Shown: piece by piece, positions 18,835 through 28,384 of the stretch
How the letters are laid out: every line of letters starts with the position of its first letter
Numbering within the stretch: position 1 is the stretch's first letter
Origin: an uncultured candidate division Zixibacteria bacterium
Lineage (GTDB): Bacteria; Zixibacteria; MSB-5A5; UBA10806; 4484-95
Direction of reading: 5' to 3'
Length of the DNA: 64,000 nt
NCBI GenBank assembly: GCA_963668625.2
Contig: CAXXKA010000008.1
Span: forward strand, 864,001 to 928,000
Position numbers and translations under genes: made by a program
The notes under the pieces: model-generated
Database searches by the model: none
The model's input: only the letters and a program-made list of their open reading frames with translations
What the model was told of the DNA's origin: nothing

Positions 18835-19185
18835 AGGATTATCGAAAAAGTCTATTTCACGCGTCGCTGGTCGGACGAAGTCCTTTATTCATTCTTTCCC
18901 GGCGACATACTGCATGTAATCAGGTGTCAGGAAAGAATTCCTTCCGCCGCAACTCAAGTTTCAACCGGAGGGACGAAGAAATCTGTCTGATTTTTGTATT
19001 ACCAAGAATCAACAGAGCTATGATGAGGGATTCTTAGTCCGTTTCACTACCTCGCACTGACGGTACTTTCAAACAGGGTTACCAATCTCATGGCGAAGCC
19101 TGAGGTTGGGGCGTCCGATTGCGCAACAGACCTAAATTCTACAGCTCAAGCTCACTGCCAGAGGCGTATGTCGATACGCCCCTAA
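18835..19185. repeat. Cluster of degenerate REP/MITE-like palindromes
   Basis: 18835-18948 aligns by eye with 49597-49692; also GACGAAGAAATCT...GATTCTTAGTC and GAGGCGTATGTCGATACGCCCC palindromes. Confidence 0.6.
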
Positions 19186-19357
19186 GCAAACATCATCCAG
19201 ATATCGCAATAACAGATTTATTATAATGAATAGACAACGATTCACAATAGTAAAAAGGCTCCCAAGCAACGCTTAGGAGCCAGTAGTTTGCTTTTGAGTA
19301 GGGCCATCAGGATGTCGCATAGCTTCCATCCTGATGAATGCAATAAACTCTGATGTA

Positions 19358-21055
19358 TTATTGCACGCCGGTCCAACCCTCCAATACTGCCAGCATCACC
19401 CACCAGGCGCGGCCTTTTTGCCAGCAATTAAAACAATGCGAGTGAGCGCAGCTACAGTCATTCGAGCAGTCGTTCTCGGTTATTGCGCACCAGTCGGAAC
19501 ACCAATCGCAGCCGTCGCCATCATTAGCATAATAGTTTCCATCCGGGTCGTAACTTTCGATATCGGCGAAATCGAACAGTACCTTGTTATTATCGAGGCA
19601 GTATTGTCGAATCTGATTGTTATGACGTCTATGATTTAACTCGGGATCGCTGCTGGGGTAATACCGTCTGCCGGTTTGATATACGAACGTCACGTTGGGA
19701 TAAGCCTGCTCCAGTTCGTTCATCTTATCGAGATATATCTGGGTTTCCGCCTCGGTGTAGTACAGATGCTCCCAGCACCAGGAGATACTGGCGAGATTAC
19801 AGCCGGGATGCGAATCGAGATACGACCTGAAATAAGGCGCCCAGGTGGTATCGCCATGCTCGCCTACGTGGTCGCTGGTGGCATATATATTGTCATCGAA
19901 ATCCGGAAATCCCTCCTCTATAGCAATCTTATAAACTCCGGTTCTCACCTGGCTACCGTGCGAGGTGTGACGGTAGTACATGTCATATTTAGCCATAATC
20001 GTGTCGATTAAAGAGGCCGGAATATTCAACCAGTCCTGATCGGCGCCATCGCAGAACGTGTGATCAGCGATAATCGCGCCGGAGGAGCCGGTATCCTGCA
20101 CGGTGATAGTAACATATTCGGAGTCGGCCAGATCACTGTCGGAGGCGACGAACAGCGCGGTATGATTGCCGAGATCAGCCGGATCGGGAGTCCAGCTTAA
20201 CTGAGCGGTCCCATCTCCAAAATCAGAAAAAGACGCATCCCCCGGCAGATCGTATGCATGAAACGAGGGAATGTTGCCATCAGGATCATATCCCGAAATA
20301 CCGAACTCGAGCAAGCTGCCAACATGCACCATCCGCGTGCCGATCGGTTCGAGTATCGGCGGCCGGTTTGTGTTATATACGGTAATATCAGCCATCCCGG
20401 TATCAGCATATATAGTGGAGGTGGCTATGAAACGCACTTGATAGAACCCTACCTGAGTATAATCGGGATCGAAATAGAAGCGGCCATGGCCGTTTCCCGA
20501 ATCGTAGAACGCGGCGTTAGTCGGCAGCATCTCGGCAACTAATTCGATATCATCATCGTTGGGGTCCGTAGATAGTACGATAAACTCCAGATGTTGCCCC
20601 TCGCCAACGTACTTTTCGGGTATCGGACCAATATGAGGCGGTTCATCCTGCGCCTGATTACATACCGGCCAGCCGGTCGGCATGGTTGCCGGTAAGCTAC
20701 TATTATCGGTCCAGGTAGGCGGGTGAGTTCCGCAAAACCTCAAACTGTTCATAGCTCTGAAATAATTAACGAGATAGGTGACATCACTGCCAATTATAAT
20801 ACAATCACCGTTAACATCCGCAGAGGGCCAGTGATCATCGAAAATACAGGCCTCTATACCATCCATACCCCTGAAATAATTCACCAGGTAGGTAACGTCG
20901 TTCCCTATAACCGAGGGTGGCCAATCGCCATAATACATATTAACATCCCCGGGAAGATAATCGTATGTCTGGGCATAACATTTATTAGCGATAAATAGTG
21001 TGATAACAATCAATAAACAGAATAATATCCTCGATTTAACGCTTTTTAGTAGCAT
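19358..21055 (-). CDS. Secreted protein: dockerin-like domain, two Ig-like repeats, Cys-rich uncharacterised domain
   Basis: GDVN..DVTYLVNYFR twice; DPNDD/DPDGN Ig-like repeats; HTSHGSQ, LFDFADIESYDPDG, CSCAHSHCFNC. Confidence 0.75.
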   Translation of the reverse strand: MLLKSVKSRILFCLLIVITLFIANKCYAQTYDYLPGDVNMYYGDWPPSVIGNDVTYLVNYFRGMDGIEACIFDDHWPSADVNGDCIIIGSDVTYLVNYFRAMNSLRFCGTHPPTWTDNSSLPATMPTGWPVCNQAQDEPPHIGPIPEKYVGEGQHLEFIVLSTDPNDDDIELVAEMLPTNAAFYDSGNGHGRFYFDPDYTQVGFYQVRFIATSTIYADTGMADITVYNTNRPPILEPIGTRMVHVGSLLEFGISGYDPDGNIPSFHAYDLPGDASFSDFGDGTAQLSWTPDPADLGNHTALFVASDSDLADSEYVTITVQDTGSSGAIIADHTFCDGADQDWLNIPASLIDTIMAKYDMYYRHTSHGSQVRTGVYKIAIEEGFPDFDDNIYATSDHVGEHGDTTWAPYFRSYLDSHPGCNLASISWCWEHLYYTEAETQIYLDKMNELEQAYPNVTFVYQTGRRYYPSSDPELNHRRHNNQIRQYCLDNNKVLFDFADIESYDPDGNYYANDGDGCDWCSDWCAITENDCSNDCSCAHSHCFNCWQKGRAWWVMLAVLEGWTGVQ

Positions 21056-21327
21056 TTACTCCTCCGTTATCGCGATTGCGTGTAAACATATTTCCGTGAA
21101 GTTTAAACTGTGGTACTGCTAATGTATCGTGTTGTCTTAATTTAAAATACAAAGGATTATCAGACTGTCAAGGCTAAATTACAAACTTATCATAATTTAA
21201 TAGTAGATATTACAATCGCTATATCATAAAATAAATCCGTAATTGTATTAGCTTGTACTGACACTTTTTATTATCATAATATGTTTAAAAAGATTGGTGA
21301 TACTAATGCCATTCGAAAGGAATAGAT

Positions 21328-22071
21328 ATGGGTATCCTTGAGATAAAGAATTTAAAACTGACACTTGGCGATAAACCGATTATCAACGATTTATCGATAG
21401 ATTTCTGGGAGGGGCATATCCACGCCGTGGTTGGCCCGAACGGAGCAGGCAAATCCACCTTATCGGCAACCATAATGGGGTTGGCGGGTTACAGAGATTA
21501 CGAAGGCGAGATAAGCTTTCAGGATGAATCATTGAAAGAATTCGGCGTGGATGAACGCGCCAAACGCGGTATTACTCTTGCCTGGCAGGAGCCGGCGAGA
21601 TTCGAGGGGCTTTCGGTGCGAGATTTCATTCGTTCAGCGGCAAAAGATAAAAGCGACAAGACAGTTAACGATTGTTTGGCGGAGGTCGGGTTAGACCCTG
21701 ACGAGTATAAATATCGCGCTGTTGACAAGACATTATCCGGCGGCGAGCGCAAGAAAGTCGAGCTGGCCTCGATACTGGCAATGAAGCCGAAAATGGCTAT
21801 CCTGGATGAGCCGGATTCGGGTATCGATATTGAGTCTATCAATCGTATATTCGATGCTGTCAAGACTCTCAAATTCAACGGCACAACAGTCATTCTTATA
21901 ACTCATAGTTTAGCGGTATTGGAACAAGCCGAGCACGCGTTTCTGCTATGTCAGGGGCAGGTTGTGGATAAAGGCAAGGTCAGCAAAATCCGCCAGTATT
22001 TCGAGGGCAAATGTCTCTCCTGCGATCATAAGAATTATCCCAGCCTGGTTGAGATAGGAGAAAACAAATGA
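21328..22071 (+). CDS. sufC: SufC/SmsC-like ABC ATPase
   Basis: GPNGAGKS, LSGGERKK, LDEPDSG; C-terminal CxxC. Confidence 0.9.
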   Translation: MGILEIKNLKLTLGDKPIINDLSIDFWEGHIHAVVGPNGAGKSTLSATIMGLAGYRDYEGEISFQDESLKEFGVDERAKRGITLAWQEPARFEGLSVRDFIRSAAKDKSDKTVNDCLAEVGLDPDEYKYRAVDKTLSGGERKKVELASILAMKPKMAILDEPDSGIDIESINRIFDAVKTLKFNGTTVILITHSLAVLEQAEHAFLLCQGQVVDKGKVSKIRQYFEGKCLSCDHKNYPSLVEIGENK

Positions 22072-23015
22072 GTTCGCAAACTGAGCTTATCAACGATTTA
22101 TATAAAAGCATAGATTCAGATCCGCACTCGCTGAAAGATCCCGATACCGCTCATCTGGTGATAAATCACAATGAGGTATTGGGGATGAACGCCGTACCCG
22201 GTTTGCATGTCGATGTCGACAAAATCGAGGACGGCGTGGATATCAAATTCCGGCTGGATAACAACATCGTGGTCAAAAAACCGGTTCATCTGTGTTTCGG
22301 GATGTTTGCTGAGAGCGGTATACAGAAAATCATCATGGATGTTGACATTGGCAAGAACTCGAAAATCGCGTTGCAAGCGCATTGTACTTTTCCAATTGCC
22401 GTGGATGTCCAGCATATCATGGATGCCAGGATTAAAATCGGTGACGGCGCGGATTACACCTATTTCGAGAAACACGTACACAGCCCCGAAGGCGGGGTTA
22501 AAGTATATCCCAAAGCGATAGTCGAGATCGGCGAGGGCGCCTCATTCAAGACCGAGTTCGAATTGATAAAAGGGCGTGTCGGCCTCATCGATATCGATTA
22601 CGAGATGAATGCCGGAGCCGACAGCACTGTCGAGATGACATCCCGGGTTTCAGGACGAGGGGATGACCTGATAAAGATTCGCGAGATAGCCAACCTCAAC
22701 GGTGAACGTGCCCGGGGCGCGCTGACCTCGAAAATAGCAGTGCGCGGGAATGCCAGGGCTGAGGTTTATAATAAACTGGTAGCCTCGGGAGCTTATGCCC
22801 GTGGTCATGTAGACTGCAAGGAGATATTGCAGGATAACGGTATAGCTCAGGCTATCCCGATTGTCGAGGTTCGTCATCCCAAAGCGCATGTCACTCACGA
22901 GGCGGCCATCGGCAGTGTCGATAACAAGCAACTCGAGACCCTCATGTCGCGCGGCATGGATGAGGATGAAGCTGTCGAATTGATTATTAACGGGATGTTA
23001 AGCCGGAGAAAATAG
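22068..23015 (+). CDS. sufB: SufB/D (SmsB)-like Fe-S scaffold
   Basis: PVHLCFG, RGHVDCKEI, AHVTHEAAIGSVD..LMSRG. Confidence 0.9.
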   Translation: MSSQTELINDLYKSIDSDPHSLKDPDTAHLVINHNEVLGMNAVPGLHVDVDKIEDGVDIKFRLDNNIVVKKPVHLCFGMFAESGIQKIIMDVDIGKNSKIALQAHCTFPIAVDVQHIMDARIKIGDGADYTYFEKHVHSPEGGVKVYPKAIVEIGEGASFKTEFELIKGRVGLIDIDYEMNAGADSTVEMTSRVSGRGDDLIKIREIANLNGERARGALTSKIAVRGNARAEVYNKLVASGAYARGHVDCKEILQDNGIAQAIPIVEVRHPKAHVTHEAAIGSVDNKQLETLMSRGMDEDEAVELIINGMLSRRK

Positions 23016-23149
23016 TTACTTTCGGAAACCTGATTTCTATAGCATTCGTTGTTTATCATGTATTGGTTCGCGCGTGGGGTAGCCTGATTTTTACATATTT
23101 CCAAAGGATATTTAACTCTTTAATCTTAAAAGAAAAATCAACTAATGGC

Positions 23150-25432
23150 ATGCGTTATCTCAAATTACTCTCAATCATCATTCTAATACCGACGCTTTAT
23201 GCTGCGGGAATTACCGACGATAAAACCGGCACTATAACCGGCAGTGTAAGCAATGCCATAACCGGCGAACCGCTACCGGGTGTGGCCGTAATGGTCGTGG
23301 GCAGCAGACTTGGCGGTTCAACCGATATCGAGGGTAGCTACGAAATCCCCAATGTGCCGGCGGGCAAGTACACGCTCAGGGCTATCCTCATAGGCTTCGA
23401 GCCAAACGCCAAGAACGATATCGTTGTCGAACATATTCGCCCGTCAAAAGTCAATTTCCGCCTTCAAGAAAGCGCCATAGTTGGTGAGGATGTTATAATT
23501 ACGCCGGACTATTTCGCCAAAACTCCCGATTCGAAAATCAGTACGCAGGTACAATCGAGCGAGGAAATTCGTCGTTTACCGGGAGGTTTCGAGGATGTTG
23601 TCAGGGCTGTCTCGATACTGCCGGGAGTGGCCCAGGCGCAGGCGGGCAGGAACGATTTGATCATCCGCGGCGGGGCGCCCTCTGAAAACCTGTTCATAGT
23701 CGAAAATCTTGAGGTCAACAATATCAACCATTTCGGCACGCAGGGATCGGGCGGTGGGCCGCTATCGTATATCAATCTCGACTATGTAGATCAAACCGCT
23801 TTCTCCACCGGCGGTTTCGGCGCGCGTTACGGTGATAAACTATCCTCGGTATTGAATATCGAGCTTCGCGACGGACGTACCGACAGGCTGGGCGGCAAAG
23901 GCACCATCTCAGCCTCACAATTCGGATTCGATCTCGAGGGACCGGTAACGGGAAATGGCTCGTTTTTGCTTTCCGCTCGTAGAAGCTATCTCGATATTAT
24001 TTTCAAGGCGGCCGGGTTCAGTTTCGTGCCGGAATATTGGGATTTTCTGGCCAAAACCGATTATCAGCTTAACAGGAACAATCATCTCTCCATCCTCGCT
24101 ATCGGCGCAATTGATAACACCAGGTTCTTCAATGATGATCGGGATGATCGTTACGATAACTCGACTGTCTTGGGTAGCGATCAGACTCAAGCGATAACCG
24201 GAGCTACCTGGCGACACCTGCTGGGCAAGGGTTATTTCAATCTTACGCTGGGCACGAACTATGTCGATTTCAATTACGAGCAACGCGACTCTCTTCTTAG
24301 CCCGCTTCTGTCGAATAAATCGAATGAGCGTGAATCGTATATGAAACTGGAGTTGACTTATCAATTGACAAAATCGCTGGAATTCACTACGGGCTTTACC
24401 GGTAAAAATATCGGTTTCACGAATGATATATACCTTCCCGAACAGATAACCGATTTCGGCGATACCGTGGAGATTTCCGGTACCTATGAAAGCTATACCA
24501 CTAAAGGTGCGAGTTTCGCGCAGGTATCATATAACAATCCTTATTTCAGGACTACCCTGGGCGGCCGCTTGGATTATTTCGATTTGATCGAGGATAAGTT
24601 CGCGTTCTCGCCTCGTCTGGCTAATACGATTAAGATTTCCGAGAAGACTAATCTCAATTTCAGCATGGGACGGTATTATCAATCACCCTCGTATATCTGG
24701 CTGACTGCCAACCCTGTCAACCGCGAGTTGTCGTTTATAGGTGTCGATCAATACGTGGTTGGTATCGACAGGCTGATTCGTCCCGATACTAAAATCAGTA
24801 TAGAGGTGTATTACAAAAGATACTTCGACTACCCTGCCAGCTTAACGAGACAATACCTGGTGATGGCTAATACGGGAGCCGGTTTCGGCGGCTCCAATAG
24901 CGGATTCGCATCATTCGGGTTCGATCCGCTCGTAAGTGAGGGCGAAGGCGCCGCTCGGGGCATCGAAATGCTTCTGCAAAAGAAGCTCTCCGAGATACCC
25001 GTATACGGGCTTTTGAGCCTCAGTTATAGCCATGCTGATTTCACCGCTTTAGACGGTGTAAAGCGCCCCTCGAGTTTCGATCAACACTGGATACTGAATA
25101 TCGGAGGCGGCTACATTCCTAACGCAAACTGGGAATTCGCCGCTAAATTCAGGCTGGCTACCGGCAAACCATACACGCTGCTCAACCCTGACGGTACCCG
25201 GGATGAGACTAACTATAACTCTGAAAGACTCAGCGCTTCACACATTCTCGATATACGAATCGATAAACGCTGGATGTTTTCCAATTGGATGCTGGTAACA
25301 TATCTCGATATACAGAATGTTTACGATAACCCAACCGAATCGATCCCTGAATGGGACGAACGTACTCAGTCTATAGATGATGATGAAAGCATAGGATTGT
25401 TGCCCTCGATCGGCGTAAGTATCGTTTTCTAA
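23150..25432 (+). CDS. TonB-dependent receptor with carboxypeptidase-regulatory-like N-domain
   Basis: GTITGSV..TGEPLPG; LPGV..RGG..EN plug; GGFGARYGDKLSSV; C-terminal F. Confidence 0.92.
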   Translation: MRYLKLLSIIILIPTLYAAGITDDKTGTITGSVSNAITGEPLPGVAVMVVGSRLGGSTDIEGSYEIPNVPAGKYTLRAILIGFEPNAKNDIVVEHIRPSKVNFRLQESAIVGEDVIITPDYFAKTPDSKISTQVQSSEEIRRLPGGFEDVVRAVSILPGVAQAQAGRNDLIIRGGAPSENLFIVENLEVNNINHFGTQGSGGGPLSYINLDYVDQTAFSTGGFGARYGDKLSSVLNIELRDGRTDRLGGKGTISASQFGFDLEGPVTGNGSFLLSARRSYLDIIFKAAGFSFVPEYWDFLAKTDYQLNRNNHLSILAIGAIDNTRFFNDDRDDRYDNSTVLGSDQTQAITGATWRHLLGKGYFNLTLGTNYVDFNYEQRDSLLSPLLSNKSNERESYMKLELTYQLTKSLEFTTGFTGKNIGFTNDIYLPEQITDFGDTVEISGTYESYTTKGASFAQVSYNNPYFRTTLGGRLDYFDLIEDKFAFSPRLANTIKISEKTNLNFSMGRYYQSPSYIWLTANPVNRELSFIGVDQYVVGIDRLIRPDTKISIEVYYKRYFDYPASLTRQYLVMANTGAGFGGSNSGFASFGFDPLVSEGEGAARGIEMLLQKKLSEIPVYGLLSLSYSHADFTALDGVKRPSSFDQHWILNIGGGYIPNANWEFAAKFRLATGKPYTLLNPDGTRDETNYNSERLSASHILDIRIDKRWMFSNWMLVTYLDIQNVYDNPTESIPEWDERTQSIDDDESIGLLPSIGVSIVF

Positions 25433-26046
25433 TCTGAGCTTTTCATCTTCCCCTTCACTATTACCTCATCAAGCGGTTTTCTATCGTTGGGCGACTCGAT
25501 ACTCCTGAAATCATCCTCGAGTTTATCTTTATCACCGTACTTGCCTATTGCGAACGCCGCTATGGCAGTGTATTTATCTTTAGGAATCCCCAGCTTATCG
25601 TAAATACCCTCTCTATCGAAACCGGCTATACCGTGAGTGTATAACCCAAGCATCCTGGCCTGTAGCGTCATCGCCATCCAGGCTGCGCCGGTATCGAATT
25701 GCGCCCAGTGATTGAGTTTACCGTTTTTATCGAAATTGTTTTTTGCTAATATAAAGCCCAGCGCCGGCGCCGATTTCGCCCATCGCTGATTCCACTCGTT
25801 AAGAATACCAAGATATAGTTCCAGATCATGTCTCTCATAGGCATAAGCAAATAACCAGGGTTGTTCATTAAAGCAGGACATCGACCAGCGAGCCGCCTCG
25901 AATACGCTTTTTACCGTATTCTCCGGTATCGGCGAGGGATCAAACGCCCGGGGTGACCATCGATTTATAAATAGCGGATCGATAGTGTGTTCCGGTTGAC
26001 GACTGTTTTTTATTAACTTTCCTTTATCCTCGAACAGGCTATTCAT
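25429..26046 (-). CDS. Nitroreductase family protein
   Basis: RWSPRAF, EAARWSMSCFNEQPW, DTGAAW, HGIAGFD. Confidence 0.93.
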   Translation of the reverse strand: MNSLFEDKGKLIKNSRQPEHTIDPLFINRWSPRAFDPSPIPENTVKSVFEAARWSMSCFNEQPWLFAYAYERHDLELYLGILNEWNQRWAKSAPALGFILAKNNFDKNGKLNHWAQFDTGAAWMAMTLQARMLGLYTHGIAGFDREGIYDKLGIPKDKYTAIAAFAIGKYGDKDKLEDDFRSIESPNDRKPLDEVIVKGKMKSSD

Positions 26047-26051
26047 TTAAA

Positions 26052-26095
26052 AACCTCCTTTACTCTTTAGTTTTTAAACTCAAGTAAAGGAGGTT
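26052..26095 (-). promoter_or_regulatory. 13-bp perfect hairpin covering the nitroreductase RBS
   Basis: AACCTCCTTTACT (26052-64) and AGTAAAGGAGGTT (26083-95). Confidence 0.7.
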
Positions 26096-26110
26096 AAGTC
26101 TCGGTTTTAT

Positions 26111-28060
26111 TTAATCAGTATTAAAATTATCTTCCCGCGGATTAATTCGTCTCTCCGCCGCTTGAAGTATACTTAATAGCATATTTCCATAACTTTGCCC
26201 GGCTATACGAGCCATTTTCGCCAGATGGCCATCCCAGCACCAGCCCGGATTGGGATTAACCTCGAGCAACTTGGGAACGCCCTGTTGATCGAGCCGCCAA
26301 TCGAAACGAGCGTAGTCGCGGCACTCGAGACGTTCGGACAAGCGCAATGAGCTTTCTATGATGGTCTTCTCGATATCATCGGAGACTATCGCCGCTATGG
26401 ACTTGATCTGCCAATAGGGTGAATCAGGCAGCCACTTGGCCTCATAACCGCAAATTTTGGGAAGGTCCTCCGGCAAGGCCGAGTAGTCCTCCTCGATCAG
26501 TGGCAGCACCATGTACGATTCGGGAGGATTACCGATTATACCGAGGCTCAAATCCTTACCGGTTAAAAACTCCTCGACCAGAACCGGCTTATCATAGCCG
26601 AATTGAGTCCTGATATTGGAGATGGCATTAACCAGTTCCTCTAGAGTATAAGCTACGCTTCCCTGAGTGATACCGAAACTCGAATCACCGAAATTAGGTT
26701 TGACCAGCGCCGGGAAACCAAATGGCAGATCGAATGTTTTATCCTCGGGGTTTACAAAAAATGCCTCGGGTACGGTGATGGCCATCTCTTTAGCAATACC
26801 TCGCACCAGCGATTTATCGTAACAGAAAGCGAGACATTGCGCGCCGGAGCCGGTGAAAGGAATCTCCAGCATATCCAGAATAGCCGGAACATGCAATTCC
26901 TTACGTGCGTCATTTGAAAATCCCTCATCACAAAGGTTAAATACGTAATCGGTTTTGCCTTTCAGCTTCATCAAATCGGTGATCAACGTATCGTGATTAT
27001 CCAGATACTCGAACCGGTAATCCTCCTGCTCTTTTAATGCGCCTTTAAGCTGATCGATCGTGTAAAAATCGTCATCATCGAAATTTAGCGTGGGTTTGAT
27101 GGGATCGGGTTTGCGGGGATCGCCCATCACCACGACAACGCTTTTAACCGCCACCCTGGGTTTGCGAGGAACGGCGCTCCACTCTTTCTTGACCGTGCCG
27201 GAAACTATCAGCCGCTGCTGCATCATGCCCAGGTCCTGGTTCCTCCGGGAATCCGGGGTTACCTGGCCGTGGAACTCGATATCTTTGAATCCGATACTGT
27301 CGAAAAGCTGTTTGATTTTCTCCTCCGAGTACAGCCTCTCGGCGTAAAATTGATCGGCAATCACGCCTTTTTCCACATGGGTAATTACTTCACGAGATAT
27401 CAATCGCTGCTCATCCGAGGATAGCGAGCGTTCACGGCAGACGAAGTATTTTTTATTTATCCACTCCCACGAGCGAGGTTGAAAATTTTCGCGAAGAAAA
27501 TCCCCATCCGCAACATCGATGAGAACACGGCCGCGCGGTTTGAGCGCTTTGAATACTTGCTCGAGTACGAATTTATCCTCATTGGCGTTCTCGAAATAGC
27601 CGAAACTGTTTCCCATTATTATAATAAAATCGAAAGTATCGTTGGCAAATGGTATCTTACGGGCGTCTCCCTCGCGAAATTTGACATTCAATCCCTCGCG
27701 TTTGGCCCGGGTTTTAGCTTTGGCGATAAGGTAATGCGACCTGTCAAGACCCTCGATATTATTGAAACCGCGACGAGCCAGTTCCAGGCTATGCCGGCCC
27801 TGCCCGCAAGCCAGATCGAGAATCCGGGACTCGGTATGAGGCTTTAAAATCTCCCCGATCAAGTCAACCTCATCTCGCGTGATCTTCAAATCATCAACAA
27901 CATCGGCATCAGTTTTGAGATAAAGGCTGTTGAAAATATTACGCCACCAATCGGGACGGACATGCCTCTCCAGATCGGGGATAGGGCCTAATACCCTGTT
28001 TACCGGTTTTTTAATCTTAACCGATAAGCGGGACTTGCCGGTTACGGCATCCCTTTTCAT
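26111..28060 (-). CDS. Class I SAM methyltransferase fused to D-Ala-D-Ala-ligase-like ATP-grasp domain
   Basis: ILDLACGQGRH, GDAR, NSFGYF; FNLCDEG, VKPNFGDSSFGI, VEEFL, RFDWR, LEVNPNPG; AAGGAG RBS. Confidence 0.9.
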   Translation of the reverse strand: MKRDAVTGKSRLSVKIKKPVNRVLGPIPDLERHVRPDWWRNIFNSLYLKTDADVVDDLKITRDEVDLIGEILKPHTESRILDLACGQGRHSLELARRGFNNIEGLDRSHYLIAKAKTRAKREGLNVKFREGDARKIPFANDTFDFIIIMGNSFGYFENANEDKFVLEQVFKALKPRGRVLIDVADGDFLRENFQPRSWEWINKKYFVCRERSLSSDEQRLISREVITHVEKGVIADQFYAERLYSEEKIKQLFDSIGFKDIEFHGQVTPDSRRNQDLGMMQQRLIVSGTVKKEWSAVPRKPRVAVKSVVVVMGDPRKPDPIKPTLNFDDDDFYTIDQLKGALKEQEDYRFEYLDNHDTLITDLMKLKGKTDYVFNLCDEGFSNDARKELHVPAILDMLEIPFTGSGAQCLAFCYDKSLVRGIAKEMAITVPEAFFVNPEDKTFDLPFGFPALVKPNFGDSSFGITQGSVAYTLEELVNAISNIRTQFGYDKPVLVEEFLTGKDLSLGIIGNPPESYMVLPLIEEDYSALPEDLPKICGYEAKWLPDSPYWQIKSIAAIVSDDIEKTIIESSLRLSERLECRDYARFDWRLDQQGVPKLLEVNPNPGWCWDGHLAKMARIAGQSYGNMLLSILQAAERRINPREDNFNTD

Positions 28061-28310
28061 ATAATTTCTCCTTTCGGCGCAATTCATAGGCGCCAAAAAA
28101 TGGGGTTTTCAAGCGGCGGTAATTAAAGCTTATTTCGAAAAAAAGCAAGAAATAAATTAGGAGTATGGGAAAATAGTTTAGCGACACAAACACCCAGTGG
28201 CAGGAGAGGGCAATCCAAGATCGCTACGCTTAAATAGCTGACAATACTACTGATATATACTATCGCGGGCCGATAAAAAACGAGTCCAAAGGGGGCTTTT
28301 ATTCATCACG

Positions 28311-28341
28311 AAAAAGGCTCCCCGGGCAATACCCGGGAGCC
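28311..28341 (-). terminator. Rho-independent terminator
   Basis: Minus strand GGCTCCCGGG/CCCGGG(G)AGCC stem followed by T5. Confidence 0.85.
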
Positions 28342-28384
28342 GGTATAATCATCTTCTGATATAAACTTTCGTAAAAGACTATTC

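Noticed and set aside
19400-19520. Heme c binding motif in the Cys-rich tail
   Set aside because: The motif is CSCAH (CxCxH), not CxxCH
21060-21327. Fur-like box before sufC (TTATCATAAT twice)
   Set aside because: Very AT-rich context and no full 19-bp palindrome; cannot be distinguished from chance
28061-28310. Riboswitch upstream of the MTase-ATP-grasp gene (GTCAGCTA..TAAGCGT recalls the c-di-AMP aptamer 3' end)
   Set aside because: The remaining conserved elements of that aptamer are absent; only a short TAGCGA/TCGCTA stem is seen
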